A DNA stretch of 63,179 bases, filler included, from Phoronis australis (Eukaryota > Animalia > Phoronida): the NCBI GenBank assembly GCA_002633005.1. It is 6 parts of 6 records of this genome, joined end to end, with 100 filler letters (N's around TTAATTAATTAA, not from the genome) between each part and the next. Parts side by side here need not be neighbours in the genome. Positions count along the whole stretch, not along the records: positions 48,746 to 53,729 come from NMRA01002446.1; positions 53,830 to 63,179 come from NMRA01001827.1; 4 more parts are not named here. One strand, written 5' to 3'. Position numbers and translations under genes: made by a program. Positions 48,746 to 60,917 of this stretch are shown here, one piece after another. The notes under the pieces are model-generated. The model was given only the letters and a program-made list of their open reading frames with translations, did no database searches and was not told the origin of the DNA. Numbering within the stretch: the first letter of the stretch is position 1; each line of letters starts with the position of its first letter.

Positions 48746-51297
48746 GCACCTTACGGTCGTATAAACCCTTCTGCTTCGTCCTCGACTTATTGGCTTCTTT
48801 GGTTGCTAAATCATACGCGTGTTTAAGTCGGTCTCTCAATCCCTTGATATAACTAGACATCGAAGAACCTGTCCTATTCTGCTCCAGTCCAAAAGCCAGA
48901 TCAATGGGTAGTCTAGGCTCTCTGCCAAACATCAACATGAAAGGAGATTGACCAGTTGACTCATGACGGGTAGAATTATATGCGTGCACTAGCGGTCCAA
49001 CGTGACTCTTCCAATCATGTTTCTGATCCGCGCCTAGAGTACCTAGCATACTTAAAAGAGTGCGATTAAATCTCTCAGTCATACCATTTCCTGACGGATG
49101 ATAACTTGTGGTTCTTGACTTTTCAATTCCTGTCAACAAACATAACTCTTTAATGAGATTACTCTCAAAATTCGGACCCTGATCTGAGTGTATTCGCTTC
49201 GGCAACCCATAATGTACAATAAACCCATTAAACAAAACTTCTGCCGTTGTATCGCTGTCTGATACTTGGTGGGTATAGCCTGGGCAAATCTTGTAAAGTG
49301 ATCAGTAATAACCAATATGTTCTGGAACCCTCCTTTCGACATTTCCAACGTGAGAAAATCGATACATACCAAGTCCAATGGTTGCATAGTGACTATATTT
49401 ACAAGAGGAGCACGAACATCAGTCGGTGACTTGCGCTTGACACAGCGATCGCAATGCCGAATCCAATGTTCAACATAGGAATACATACCAGGAAAATAGA
49501 ACCTATCTTTGAGAAGTGCCAGCGTTCTATCCCTTCCAGGATGTCCAACGTCGTTGTGTAGATACCTGAGTGCCTTCTTCACAAACTGTTGTGGAAGAAC
49601 TAACTGATGTCGCATCACACCGTCTATCATCGCTTCCCTGTAAAGAACACCACTGACCAATCTCAGCTGATTAAACACTCGTAATATATATGCCCTCTTA
49701 GGTGTTACCGATACCTGATTAAAACGTGGCCTCCAACCTTTCTTGACACATGAAATCCACCAGCGGAGATCCATATCATCGTCCTGGGCCCTCCGCCAGT
49801 CACGAGTAGTCATAGCTGATAATTCGACACCACTTAAGTCATCCTCTTCAATTTGAACATCTGCTGATAAACATAAACATTCAATCATAGGCGTGAAAAA
49901 CATCTGACTGCATATCGCCTTAATGCTCTCAGTGGATATCGTCTCTTCAGTGGCTTGTGTATTCCATGTCACCGGTAGTCGTGACAGTGCGTCTGCGTCT
50001 GCGTTGTTTCTACCCGGTCTATAAATGATGTCAAAGTCATACTGCGCTAAGGCTGCCAACCAGCGATGACCAGTCGCATCCAGCTTGGCTGAGGTTAAAA
50101 CATAAGTCAAGGGATTATTATCGGTATACACTGTGAATCTGTGACCATACAAATAATCATTAAACTTCTCAGTTACAGCCCACTTTAAAGCAAGGAATTC
50201 TAAACGAAATGCTGCATAATTCTGTTCACTCTGACTAAGACCACGGCTAGCGTAACTAATTACTCTTTTCTTACCATCGCGTTCTTGATATAGAACTGCT
50301 CCAAGTCCGTGATGGCTAGCGTCAGTGTGCAACTCGAATGGTAGTCTGTAGTCAGGATAACTCAAAATAGGTGGTGAAGTCAAAGCCTTTTTCAGATATT
50401 CAAATGCAGCGTCATGTTCTTCCTTCCAACACCATACACCCGAAGTTTCTTTGGATCGTCTTTTCCCTTTCCTCTCCGGAACTGGCATGAGACCGTATAA
50501 TGGTTTAGCTATACGTGCAAAATTTCGAACAAACCTGCGATAGTATCCTGCGAATCCCAGGAATTGTCGCACCTCGCCTGCGTTTGTCGGTGTTGGCCAC
50601 TTCATAATCTTGTCAATTTTCTCCGGATCAGCTCCCACGCCATCCATAGATACCACATGTCCTAAGTACTTGACCTGAGACATCAGAAGAACACACTTCT
50701 TTGGAGTCAGTTTCAGTCCATTCTGTCGTAATCTCTCCAATACACCTCGCAGTCGACGTAGATGTTCGTCTAGGGAATTACTAAAAATAATGATATCATC
50801 CAGATATATGACACATGTCTTTAAATGAAGATCACCAAGAATTTCTTCCATTAGGCGTTGATAAGTCGCTGGAGAATTGCATAAACCCATTGCCATGCGA
50901 TTCCATTCATAGAACCCTAAAGGACCCACTGTAAACGCAGTACGCTCTTTATGCTTTTCCTCGATTTCTATCTGATGATACCCCGATTTCATATCAAGTA
51001 CTGAGAAATATGTCGACCCACTTAAACCACCCAGAATTTCTTCAATCCGAGGTAACGCGTAGGAATCTTTGATGGTTCTTTGGTTTAGTTGCCGAAAGTC
51101 TACGCAGGTTCGCAACTTACCATCCTTCTTTCTTACTAGAACGACGTTACTCGACCACGGACTCCTAGACTTCCGAATGATACCAGCCGACAACAGCTGC
51201 TGTAAATGGCTTCTCACTTCATCATACATAGATGGATTGATGTGTCTCGTACGTTGCTTGAATGGAATTTCATCTTTGAGATCTATACGATGTTTCA
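48746..51297 (-). CDS. Gypsy pol (RT, RNase H, integrase); one frameshift near 49250
   Basis: 698-aa ORF with CVDFRQLN, YALPRI, GYHQI, YLDD, TDAS, HNDVGHPG..CDRC, IDFL, DHFTR. It continues in another frame as HSDQGPNF...GMTERFN. Confidence 0.95.
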
Positions 51298-51298
51298 N

Positions 51299-51486
51299 TC
51301 CTCAGTGTGTCCCATTTTGCGTAAACAATCAATCTCGTACCGCCACAGGTCGTACGTAGCCTCAGACTTGTCACTGGAAAAGTTTATCACCCTCAAGTGA
51401 GACGGATGCAAGGACAATGATAGTTTCTGCAAAGCCGCAGCCATTTCTCCTTCGTCTCCACCTTCAGCCGCCATTTTAGTTTCCAT
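51299..51486 (-). CDS. Gypsy gag N-terminal fragment
   Basis: ATG just after the PBS; NFSSDKSEATYDLWRYEIDCL resembles the FSG..E..YE.W gag motif. Confidence 0.7.
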
Positions 51487-51499
51487 CCACAGCCGTAGG

Positions 51500-51517
51500 G
51501 CCCCACGTTGGGCGCCA
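51500..51517 (-). promoter_or_regulatory. Primer-binding site complementary to tRNA-Lys(CUU)
   Basis: 18-mer TGGCGCCCAACGTGGGGC, 5 nt inside the LTR end. Confidence 0.9.
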
Positions 51518-51522
51518 AAATA

Positions 51523-52196
51523 TGTAACGGGGCTCGATATAAACCAAAACTGCCAATAGCTTTATAAAACTATTTATTTCGCAGATTTCAATCCTGTAAC
51601 AAATAAAACAATATTTACAATGGGTTTGAACCAGATACAATTCACGGTATATTATTTACATAGATTTGCCACATTATATGTTATGAGAAATACATAGTTA
51701 GCAATTCATCTATTCCACTAAACAGTTTACACACACTGGAAGAAACAAAAAATAAGGAAACACCTACTAAGTCAATATGAGTTAGATGATCCTCGGCTGC
51801 CTTTTTGATTAATGATTCGTAACTGAAATACAGAATTATTCCATATTATAATAAAGTGACAACAAAATAGAGCCACGCCCCAAACGGAACAACATGGCCG
51901 CATTACATTACCCTTACAATCTACAATCATAAAAACCTGACTGCACGTCATGACAAAATATAAAACAAAACACAACAGTCTGGAATTACATTTATACACC
52001 ATAATGACAAGTTTCTGATATAAATACTAACAATCTCAAAAGTATCAAAATTACAGCTCTTACCTATCCTGGCAAATAGCACCTCCAATACACAACCTTT
52101 CACTGCAGAAACAATAATGCCGCCAAAATCACAGAGGTCAGGCTAAATACCTCTCCTGGAGTGAATACAAAACCGGTTTGAACTGGTTACCTTACA
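51523..52196 (-). repeat. Putative 5' LTR (~674 bp)
   Basis: The PBS-proximal end (GTTACA) is firm. The distal end is inferred only from the matching TGTAA inverted repeat, with no second LTR to confirm it. Confidence 0.55.
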
Positions 52197-53304
52197 CATC
52201 TACTATTTGGAATTACCACCAGAAACAATGCCCTAACAAATCAGCAGTTACCAATGGTCTATCGGTGACACTTCCAGACAACCAAGCCAGAGCACCATGG
52301 TTCAAATCCTGATACGATTAACTTTTTTTAGCAACATATAATTTCTAAAATATATAAAATACACTACTATCACAATGGTATTTGCCCAAATAATAGGATT
52401 TATGACAGAGTTCCACAAATTTCATTATTAGAGCAAGGTATAAGCAACTATTAGCCATCACACTACTATGGAATTGTTAATGATAACAGTGGCCCCTGGC
52501 AATAACTTTGATACGACTGAAGTTGATAGTTTATACTGACATTAACTTCCAAAAACTTCGATGCGTCGATGTTAGTATGAAAGGCCCTATATTTGTATGA
52601 AGTTCAGTAGCTTTAAATCAAAGGAAAATTAATATTTTTGTGGTCAATGGTCTAAGTTTTCTAATTTCCATCTCGTATAACCAGGTTGTACTTAGGGTTA
52701 CTTCTTTTAATGAAACTTGTTCGCACCATGGAGTGTATTGGATTTACTTTTATTATGATTGTCAACCAAACGAAACTTTGACATTTAAATTGATATTTTT
52801 AAGGTTGCAAACAATTATAGGTGATTCCAGGCACTATTTCTAGCATAAGGATTGTACTTCCCAAAATCAGACCTGTCGCCATTGTCGATAAACTTTTAGT
52901 TACCTGTTACGTTTTATGTTATGCTTTTGTCTCTGCAGATATTCTTGGATTTTGCATATGAAGTGATTTGTTATTCTTGGTGTCATTGCTGTAATTTTAG
53001 TTGAAACGTAGACTTTTGTTGTGACTTTCCTGGCTATGTAATCACATTTTCTTTGATTGTGTTTCATGATTTGGTACTCATTTCTCTGTTTGTACATTCC
53101 ATTTTGCTCCCTCACTTATGTTCACTTATTTTAAGGAACTAGTGTATTTTAGGCAGTGCATTTTATTTTGTGCAATTAATCACTGTTAATGTAATGTTAA
53201 TAGAACTTAATGAGAATCATTAAATTTGTTGCTGTACTCCACTCTTGTTTTAGTGAAAGTCGAAATTTTTGAATGTCTGTCCTATTGAAACTTATTGCTT
53301 TTAG

Positions 53305-53729
53305 AAAACTTCAGTTTTCAAAAGTTAGTTCCTTGAAAACTTATGTTCGGAATACTTAGTTTTCAAAAATGTAAGTTTTGATGACTTATGTTTGTTACTA
53401 AAAACGTGTTCCAAAACTTAAGTTTTTCAAAAACTTAAGTATTTTGGAACATGTTTTTGGAACACAACTTAAGTTTCTGAAACTTAAGTTTTTCAAAAAC
53501 TTAAGTATTTTGGAACAAGTTTTTGAAAAACTTAAGTTTTCAGAACTTAAGTTTTTGAAAACTTAAATTATGAAAACTTAAGTTCGTTCCAAAAAATTTG
53601 TTCCAAAATACTTAAGTTTTCGACAAAAACTTAAGTTTTCGACAAAAACTTAAGTTTTCGGGAATGAAAACTTTTTCAGACCAAAAACTTAAGTTTTTCG
53701 ATGAAAACTTAAGTTCATTTTTGTAAGGG
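53305..53729. repeat. Array of palindromic AAAACTTAAGTTTT motifs, probably a DNA-transposon subterminal region
   Basis: More than ten variants of AACTTAAGT; ends TTTTTGTAAGGG at the contig edge. Confidence 0.75.
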
Positions 53730-53829
53730 NNNNNNNNNNNNNNNNNNNNNNNNNNNNNNNNNNNNNNNNNNNNTTAATTAATTAANNNNNNNNNNNNNNN
53801 NNNNNNNNNNNNNNNNNNNNNNNNNNNNN
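53730..53829. other. Artificial contig spacer
   Basis: Ns flanking TTAATTAATTAA. Confidence 0.95.
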
Positions 53830-54185
53830 AAGCAGAGCCCTGGGCTCAACGTCTAATCACTGTACTCGAAACTTGAAAAATGATCACTGGCATGACACGC
53901 TTCGACAAAAATTTCTACTTGAATCATGTCATGTGATTGGCTAGATTCGAATCTGAGTCTGAGGAGTCTGAGTTAGGATATTAGATTCTGGTCGCGACGT
54001 TTTGTGCCTGGACTGTCAGTGGGTAGTCGAAGCATTCCTTTGTGGATGTAGGCAGTTTTACGTGACCATTTGGTTATTGGAAAATAAGTTCTAGCAAAAC
54101 ATTCATTGCCTCACCAGTCCTGGCAATTAGCATTCAGAACCACAACCAGCCCATGTTTCACCCGAAGTTGAGAAGACTTACGCAC

Positions 54186-54334
54186 CTATGCACACCACTT
54201 TAATGCCTTTGTCAGTTGCAGCCTTCGCAGCTCGGATCGTCGCCGCCATGTCAGGAGAGGCTTTGTCAAGAATCACTATTGCCACTTTCCGAGCGTCCTC
54301 CCTAGCTCCATGTTCCTTGATAAACGTTTGATCC
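54186..54334 (-). CDS. vWA protein exon
   Basis: DQTFIKEHGAREDARKVAIVILD...KGIKVVCI. Confidence 0.82.
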
Positions 54335-56573
54335 CTGCAATGAAGTGGTGTTTAATTAGCTGCCGAACAAAAGGTAAATGCAACAGATTAAACAAAGCTG
54401 TCTTTTTTAAAATGCTTCACTTTGTATCGCAATGTTTTAACTGAAACCTAATGTAAAAGAATATCCGTTTCGCTGAAAAGGACTGACATTTCGTTCTTCT
54501 CAGATGCTGTTCCGCGTCACTTCATCAATTGTTAAAAGATAGAGATTTCTCACAAGACCTGGAATGTGTTACGACACAACTGGTTAATAACACCGAGTAC
54601 GTATTTTTTGATATTTCATGGGCGAATCACAAAGTGGTGCAAGGTAGAAATCCATACGCCTTACATTTTATCGCAAAACACTGAAACAACCAAACGCGCG
54701 CCAACCAAGCAATGCCGGAATTCCAAGAAGGTGACAAAGTTATGATTGACAAATCCGGTGTAGCAACTGATGGTACTCCCAGTAGGAAGGACACGCAAAC
54801 AACTTATTAAACGGACCCATCTTCGGCGACGAACTCCGTATCCACGTTCATTCAAACGGAGACGACCCCCAAGTCAAGGAACGCGGCAAGACTGTCTAGT
54901 TGTGGTGTCTCAAGGTCAATTCAGTGCTTACGCGCGGGGAAGCCTTGCTGACTGTTATTTATAAATTTTTTTTTAAGTTCTAATACTACAACTTCAAAGA
55001 CTATTTATTAGGTTCCAACTTGAATATTTGTTGCGAAAGCTGAATGCAATTTACAATTGTTAAGCTTAAAATAAAACTATTAATAAAGTAACTGAATTAC
55101 TTTACATTGCGCAAGCGTGTTTTTACAAAAGTTGCGTCATGTGGTTGAAAGGTTTAGACACGTCGAGTTTTTCGGCAAAAAAGATCGTTTTTACGGTTCA
55201 TGTGAGAAAACAAATCCTACACTCGTCTCAGATTGATGACATGGGCAAAACCTCTTCCGTCAAAATCCCTCGACAAGCCTCGGGATTTTGACGGAAGAGG
55301 TTTTGCCCATGTCATAAGCCTGAGACTCGTGTAGGATTCTCTATTTAGCTGCAACATCGTCAACACTGGTGTGGGAACAGTGATGTAAGAACTGGATTCG
55401 AGGGCAACATAACAAATTGCCTTACTGTGTTGCTCACTCTGGTGAACCAGCCTTCTTCAGTTAGGTGATATCATTTTACGGCGAATCACAAGTAAAAGAT
55501 TTATTTAAGGATATCTGTGGGTCTTCCGCAAAGTGCATGTCCTGGGTCTTTTCTCAAAAATCTGTGACCTCGATGTTTTTACTTGAAGAAAACAATGTTA
55601 CTTATCTAGTTACCTCATAACGTCCAGAAGATCGGCTGTTGTTTCAAATCGCTTTCCAGCGAATTCAAAATGAAACAGAAGACCTGCTTTATTACTGTAC
55701 TCGTTTAAATTGAATCCAATGGACTCACAATGGTTTGGTACCATGGCTACCTGGAATGTATAATAATTGACATTTAAATTTCTTATTTTGTAGCCTACAT
55801 GAACCACGGTCACCAAATTAAATCCAGACGAAACACTACTCAAAAATTGACCAATCACGTGGCGCGCATGGTGTGAACTTTCATCCAACGTGATTGGTCG
55901 AGATGAGACTCGAGTAAAGTTTGGTGGTAGAAGTCACTGAATGCGGAAACAAAAAAATCACAACTACGTCGTGCACAACACGCGTCTTTAGTATGTGAAA
56001 GAATGGCAGACACTTCAGCAAAAACCTGTTTTGAAATCAATTTTATTGATTAACGTGTACTCATGCGCGTTTGACATCATGTGCATTCTATAATTTCTAC
56101 TTTTGCAAGAGTCAATCACAAATTCGTCGATATTGTTGATGTTACAAGAGACAATAATAAAAATAAAAGTCCGTTAAAGTTTTAGAGACATTTCCTCAAG
56201 ACCCAGAGTGAATGTGGAAGAAATAAAGAGAAACGGTACAAACGTGTACTACACGCATGTCATTTCACTGTCTGCAAATTTGATCATATACGTACAATCA
56301 GTCAGTTAAAGCAGTGAACAGAAAATAAATCCTCCAAATGAAGCCCTTTTATGAAAAGCACACCCACCTGAACGTTGCTCGGATCAATAATAATATTGCT
56401 GTTTTTAACAATATTTCCAACCAATTTCATTGCTTTACGAGCTCCTTCTGGATTCTGATTATAAGATCCCATGACAAACGCCAGGTCGACCACATCCTCT
56501 GGTCCACATTCTGTGTGAGTGAAAATCAAATAATATATACATATACACATACATACACACATACATACACACA

Positions 56574-56648
<75 letters not shown>

Positions 56649-59600
56649 CGAGCTATTAATCAGTGATACCTTTTGTCCCATGTAGGACCAGAAATTATCA
56701 ACAGCTTAGCAAAAAATAATGGCTAAGTGGGTGACCATTACGCACGAAATTTACGTTGGAAACGTTCACTCATTTGGCTGACGACAGCTTCGCACTTAGT
56801 AGACTTTCAGCCAAGCGCTTTGATTCAAAGAAAACGTACGGAGAGACTCTGGCTTACCGATTCAAAGTAAACAGAAATTATTAGTCGCGTTATTTGCTTG
56901 TTACAGAAAACCTTTCCATAAATCTTAATGACTAATAGATGTCTGATGAGGCTTGAAATTCACGAATGGAAGTGTAAACCAAAATTTTGACTTTCATCAT
57001 GCAGGCCCCAGGTGTTTTATGACTTGTGGTTTGAATACACTGACAACTACAACTATGCTGAACTCATCACATCAATCATGGTAAGGAAAATAACATGTTG
57101 TTGGTGTCTTTCTTTCCTTTAAAGAACATGTCTAACTTATTTTATACAAGGAACGGCTCTGAGAATATATTCCAATGGTAGGCGATTATTGTGTTTTTTA
57201 TCAGCAACGCTGGCAAACAGGCTAGATCTTATCAATTGTAAGTTTGCAAGCAACAGTGGGTTTGGCGAGACCGTTCACGAAAGTCACGCACCAGCATTCA
57301 TGTGAAGATCCTAACCCCCTCACTACCGACACCGATCGTAAGGTAGGCCTCTCATGAGGCTTCGTTGGCAATGTCAAAATGAACAATTGAGATTCCCTAA
57401 AACTATGGTGACATTATGTTATATACGTCCAATACAACTCTAGTTGACATCTGACACATTTTGCCAAGTGTATTATGTTCACAGTTGGCTAATAGTTTAC
57501 CCCTACCCAAATTTTATGAGGACGATAACATTACTTGCGTCCGAATGGGCGCAAAATGTTGTGGGCCGTCCCGGATCACACGTCGATAGAACTCTCCTTT
57601 GTTCCAGAGGTAGGAAAGCGCGTTGGTTTCATTGATCTAGTTTTGGATCGTCAGTCACATTTTCACGGATCATGTCGAAAACCGTAGAAGTCGGAGTAAG
57701 GCTATATATATATATATTTCAACCGTTTGAAAGTACTAGAATTGAAAAAAGATATCTTAAAGATAGGGTCTTCTGTTCCGCTCAAAATTAACCCGACAAG
57801 CTTGCTTTATCCATTCGTTCCGCATTTTCTTATCTTTGATTGCTGCCGGTAAGGCGAAGGACATAAATCACGCATCCGTCGTAGTTGCAGCCCGTAACAC
57901 AGCATTAATACTTTGTTGGCATTGGAAGGACGAACAGTGTAATTCAGCCGAGAAATTTTGAAAAGATTACACCAAATAACACGTGGAACTCCGATGACGC
58001 GGTACAGAAGTGCCTGGCGGATATTGCTGCATCGTAGGTAAATACAGCGAGATTCAATTGTCCGTGACGGTCATATTGTTAAATATTTAATCAAATTCGA
58101 TCGTTTTCAGGTACCAAAAACGACGAGTCCTTTCGACCACATACGCCCATGCCTATAATTTAATAGTTGTAACCTGAATGCCGTTTGGTAATTTTACAGG
58201 ATGGTACTGGAAGGTGTCTCCTGACTCTCCGAATGCATCATCAACGCGTCGTCAAACAAATTGGCCACAAGGTGACACTACGGGCGTTCCATAATCTCAG
58301 TTCTTACCTCCCGGTTGTGTTATCACTTTAATCTCACACGTGGACGCCACCAGTTTTTCCTTTAACTTGTTGCCCAACTCGGCAAAATTCTTGGCGACGT
58401 AGGCATGAGACGAGTCAGGATCGCTGGCTATCATATTGATCTCCTGCATATTTATCTGAAAGACGCCAAGCCAAAGACTCCACTCAGGTGTCAGAGAAAC
58501 TTGGATACAAACTGAACACAAAGCAATTGTCATGTTTTTCGTTGGCTGTCCTCGTGGGTGTTCATTTTAATACAACGTAATCAAAGACGGGTCTTAAATT
58601 TTTAAATTAGGAACAACGAAGGTTTAGACATTATCTGCTGTCACGTTTTAACCCTGTAAATCCGCGTTCGACCACTTACTGCTACAAATTTAATCTCAAC
58701 CTATTGTTTGATATACCCAGGTGAGACATGATTTCTGGATTTGTAAAGAAGTGACAGCCCGGCGCATAAAATGACGTCACAATTAGACAGTTTGTAGAGC
58801 CTGGCCTTAGGCACACGAAATAACGAACTACATTTTGTCGAGCCGACGAGCCCTGAAATCCCGGCCAATAATTTGACCATGGACCAATAGAGGCAAGCCG
58901 TCTAAATCAAAAGTTGTTCATATTTGTGGTCTGTGGTGCGGGGCGGGTAAGCGCTGTTTTAACACACCAAACGTCCAATCAATATGAACTTTTTTAATTT
59001 GTGCAGCGATTGTCATTTTTTGAGTTTTTTTTAGTGATCCATATGACACTAGAGCGCTTTACCGATTATTCAATACGCATGGATTAGGTAAATTATTTTC
59101 GTGCACAATCTACTTACATTACCAATTCCTATGGCAAAGACTGTCACGTTTGCTTTATGTAGTCGTGAAGCCTCCAGTGCCGTCAACTCAGGTGTAGTTG
59201 AAGCGCCGTCTGTCATCAGTATGACGATGTGTGGCACGTCGGGTCGTTCCTCCTCCCGCAACATCTCGCGTGCTTTTGCCAGTGCCATATGTGTATATGT
59301 GCGCCCACCGACTGCAATAGATCAATTTTTCATTTACGTAGACATTAACGTAGTCTTTGATTGCGAACATAGACATCAGTATTAAGATGTCTATGGTTGC
59401 GAGTATCGAAAGAATATTTCAGACTGTTGTAAGCAATGCCTGCAATATAGCCAACTGTGAATTGCGAGTCCACTGAATCACGTGGTTTAGTTACAAACGA
59501 GAGAGCGTTTCATGACCACAGAGCATATTCCAGACGATATTTCTGAAGAAAACCAGTCAAATCTGCAGCTGTTTACCTTTCCCACAGTTACAAAGATTTT

Positions 59601-60089
59601 AACTGTAACATTCCTTGAAAACTAGCATTCATCTGGTAATTTGTTTTGAGGGGATTTGGACAAAACTGAGCATCATTGAATGCATTTTAGTTTACAAACG
59701 CAATGATTGTTGATTTTAGGAATTTCTTAGAAATTCTAATGCGAGAGCGTCCATAACTTGGCATTCTGAACAACGCAAGGTAACATCACCAAAACCACTA
59801 CATGGATGAATCTATATTTTACAGCACAGTATTAGTGATGTCTTACTTTTTCGCCCGACACCAGATATGCGTTCCAGTAACTGGTCCCTTTCCGTATACG
59901 TTTTCAGGCGCCATCTGGTGCGAGCCACCGTGTTCCACGTAATCAGACCAATTCTGACTTTGTCAGCAGCAATGGTAAAGGCGCTTGTCACATTCCTCAC
60001 GAAGAGCAGCTGCTTCTCAAAATCTTTGATGTAAATACTGTTGGATTCATCCACAACAAACACGATGTCGGCTGGTTTACCGGGGCAGG
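54186..60089 (-). CDS. vWA-domain extracellular matrix protein (matrilin/collagen VI-XII-like), partial, 6 exons, two vWA domains
   Basis: Exons 60089-59847, 59311-59118, 58455-58308, 56510-56368, 55750-55614 and 54334-54186 splice in phase. ADIVFVVDESNS, GGRTYT, LMTDG, FAIGIG, IASDP, then a second degenerate vWA. Confidence 0.88.
55213..55338. repeat. Foldback element with a 34-bp perfect stem
   Basis: ATGACATGGGCAAAACCTCTTCCGTCAAAATCCC, a 12-nt loop, then the exact reverse complement; outer imperfect arms AATCCTACAC/GTGTAGGATT. Confidence 0.9.
55614..55750 (-). CDS. vWA protein exon
   Basis: VAMVPNHCESIGFNLNEY...TADLLDVM. Confidence 0.82.
56368..56510 (-). CDS. vWA protein exon (vWA2 start)
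   Basis: ECGPEDVVDLAFVMGSYNQ...IDPSNVQ. Confidence 0.82.
56533..56645. repeat. (TACA)n(TA)n microsatellite
   Basis: Directly visible, immediately upstream of a splice acceptor on the minus strand. Confidence 0.95.
58308..58455 (-). CDS. vWA protein exon (vWA1 end)
   Basis: INMQEINMIASDPDSSHAY...STCEIKVITQPG. Confidence 0.88.
59118..59311 (-). CDS. vWA protein exon
   Basis: IGGRTYTHMAL...ILMTDGAS...FAIGIGN. Confidence 0.9.
59847..60089 (-). CDS. vWA protein exon (vWA1 start)
   Basis: CPGKPADIVFVVDESNSI...RISGVGRK. Confidence 0.9.
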
Positions 60090-60200
60090 CTGGAAAACAA
60101 GAGTTATGCAATGACTTTTTACATCATGAATTTACTGGCATCTTGCAATCCAGTGAACAGAACATCGTAGTACAATTGGCACTCAATCATGCATTGCTCA

Positions 60201-60917
60201 CAGTGGCGGATTTAGGATATCGCAAGGGGGGGGGGCAACATTTTGTCCGGCTATAAGCATTTGCGCAAACCACGAATGTAGATGCGCATAGCACCGAATG
60301 TGGGGAAACCCCCCTCCCGCCCAGGAAATTTTTCTGTTTTTTCCTCTAAAAATCAAGCATTTTCATTGATTCCTGAAGTATTATACAAGAAAAAAAGGCA
60401 AAAAAAAAACACGGAGAACGTGTCAAACAGGAAAAACTCGGAATTCCAAAGACTCGAACTCACGACCTTGCGCATAAGGCGCGCGTGCGTTACCACTACA
60501 CCACCACGATTTAGCTACTGATCTCATACTAAGATACCTACTTGTTTATGGTCCACAGCGTTTGCGCGCGAAACCTACTTCTTTTTGTAATGCTTATTAC
60601 ATGTTTTGTGCCATCGATTCTTAACAAATTTGTCGTATTTAAAATAGTCTTAAAATGCCCAAAAGACCAAATCCGTTATTCGTGTTGGCAATAATGACCG
60701 GGGATTGCTTTGGAAATCGTCTTAACATAAAGTTTGACAAAGAGAGTATTGCGAGTTTCTGAGTGATTCACTAAGGCTTCTNTTGTTTCATCCGTATAAT
60801 TTTAATTACCGGGGTTAATTAATAAACTCAACATTTCCCTACGCTCTTGCTGTTTTACTTATTTTGCGGCAGCCAAGGGGGGGCCGGCCCCCTGCCCCCC
60901 CCCTAAATCTGCCTATG
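60201..60917. mobile_element. MITE with 5-bp TSD (GCTCA), hAT5-like
   Basis: GCTCA|CAGTGGCGGATTTAGG ... CCTAAATCTGCCTATG|GCTCA with G/C runs inside the TIRs. Confidence 0.75.
60447..60509 (-). pseudogene. tRNA-derived / Pol III promoter-like segment inside the MITE
   Basis: A-box TGGTGTAGTGG and B-box GTTCGAGTC at tRNA spacing; no convincing acceptor stem. Confidence 0.45.

Larger units (their letters stand above)
48746..52196 (-). mobile_element. Gypsy/Ty3 LTR retrotransposon (5' LTR, PBS, gag start, pol), 3' end lost at contig edge
   Basis: Candidate LTR TGTAA...TTACA 52196-51523; PBS; gag start; a single N at 51298 joins gag directly to RT; long pol ORF. Confidence 0.93.

Noticed and set aside
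52255-52312. tRNA-like A/B box segment next to the Gypsy LTR
   Set aside because: Too degenerate to fold as a cloverleaf; at most an old SINE head.
57530-57701. Possible extra linker exon in the vWA gene
   Set aside because: A stop codon occurs in the required phase, and the neighbouring exons join correctly without it.
36858-60089. Cluster of vWA-domain genes (ITIH-like plus tandem-vWA gene)
   Set aside because: The two genes are on different contigs separated by synthetic linkers.
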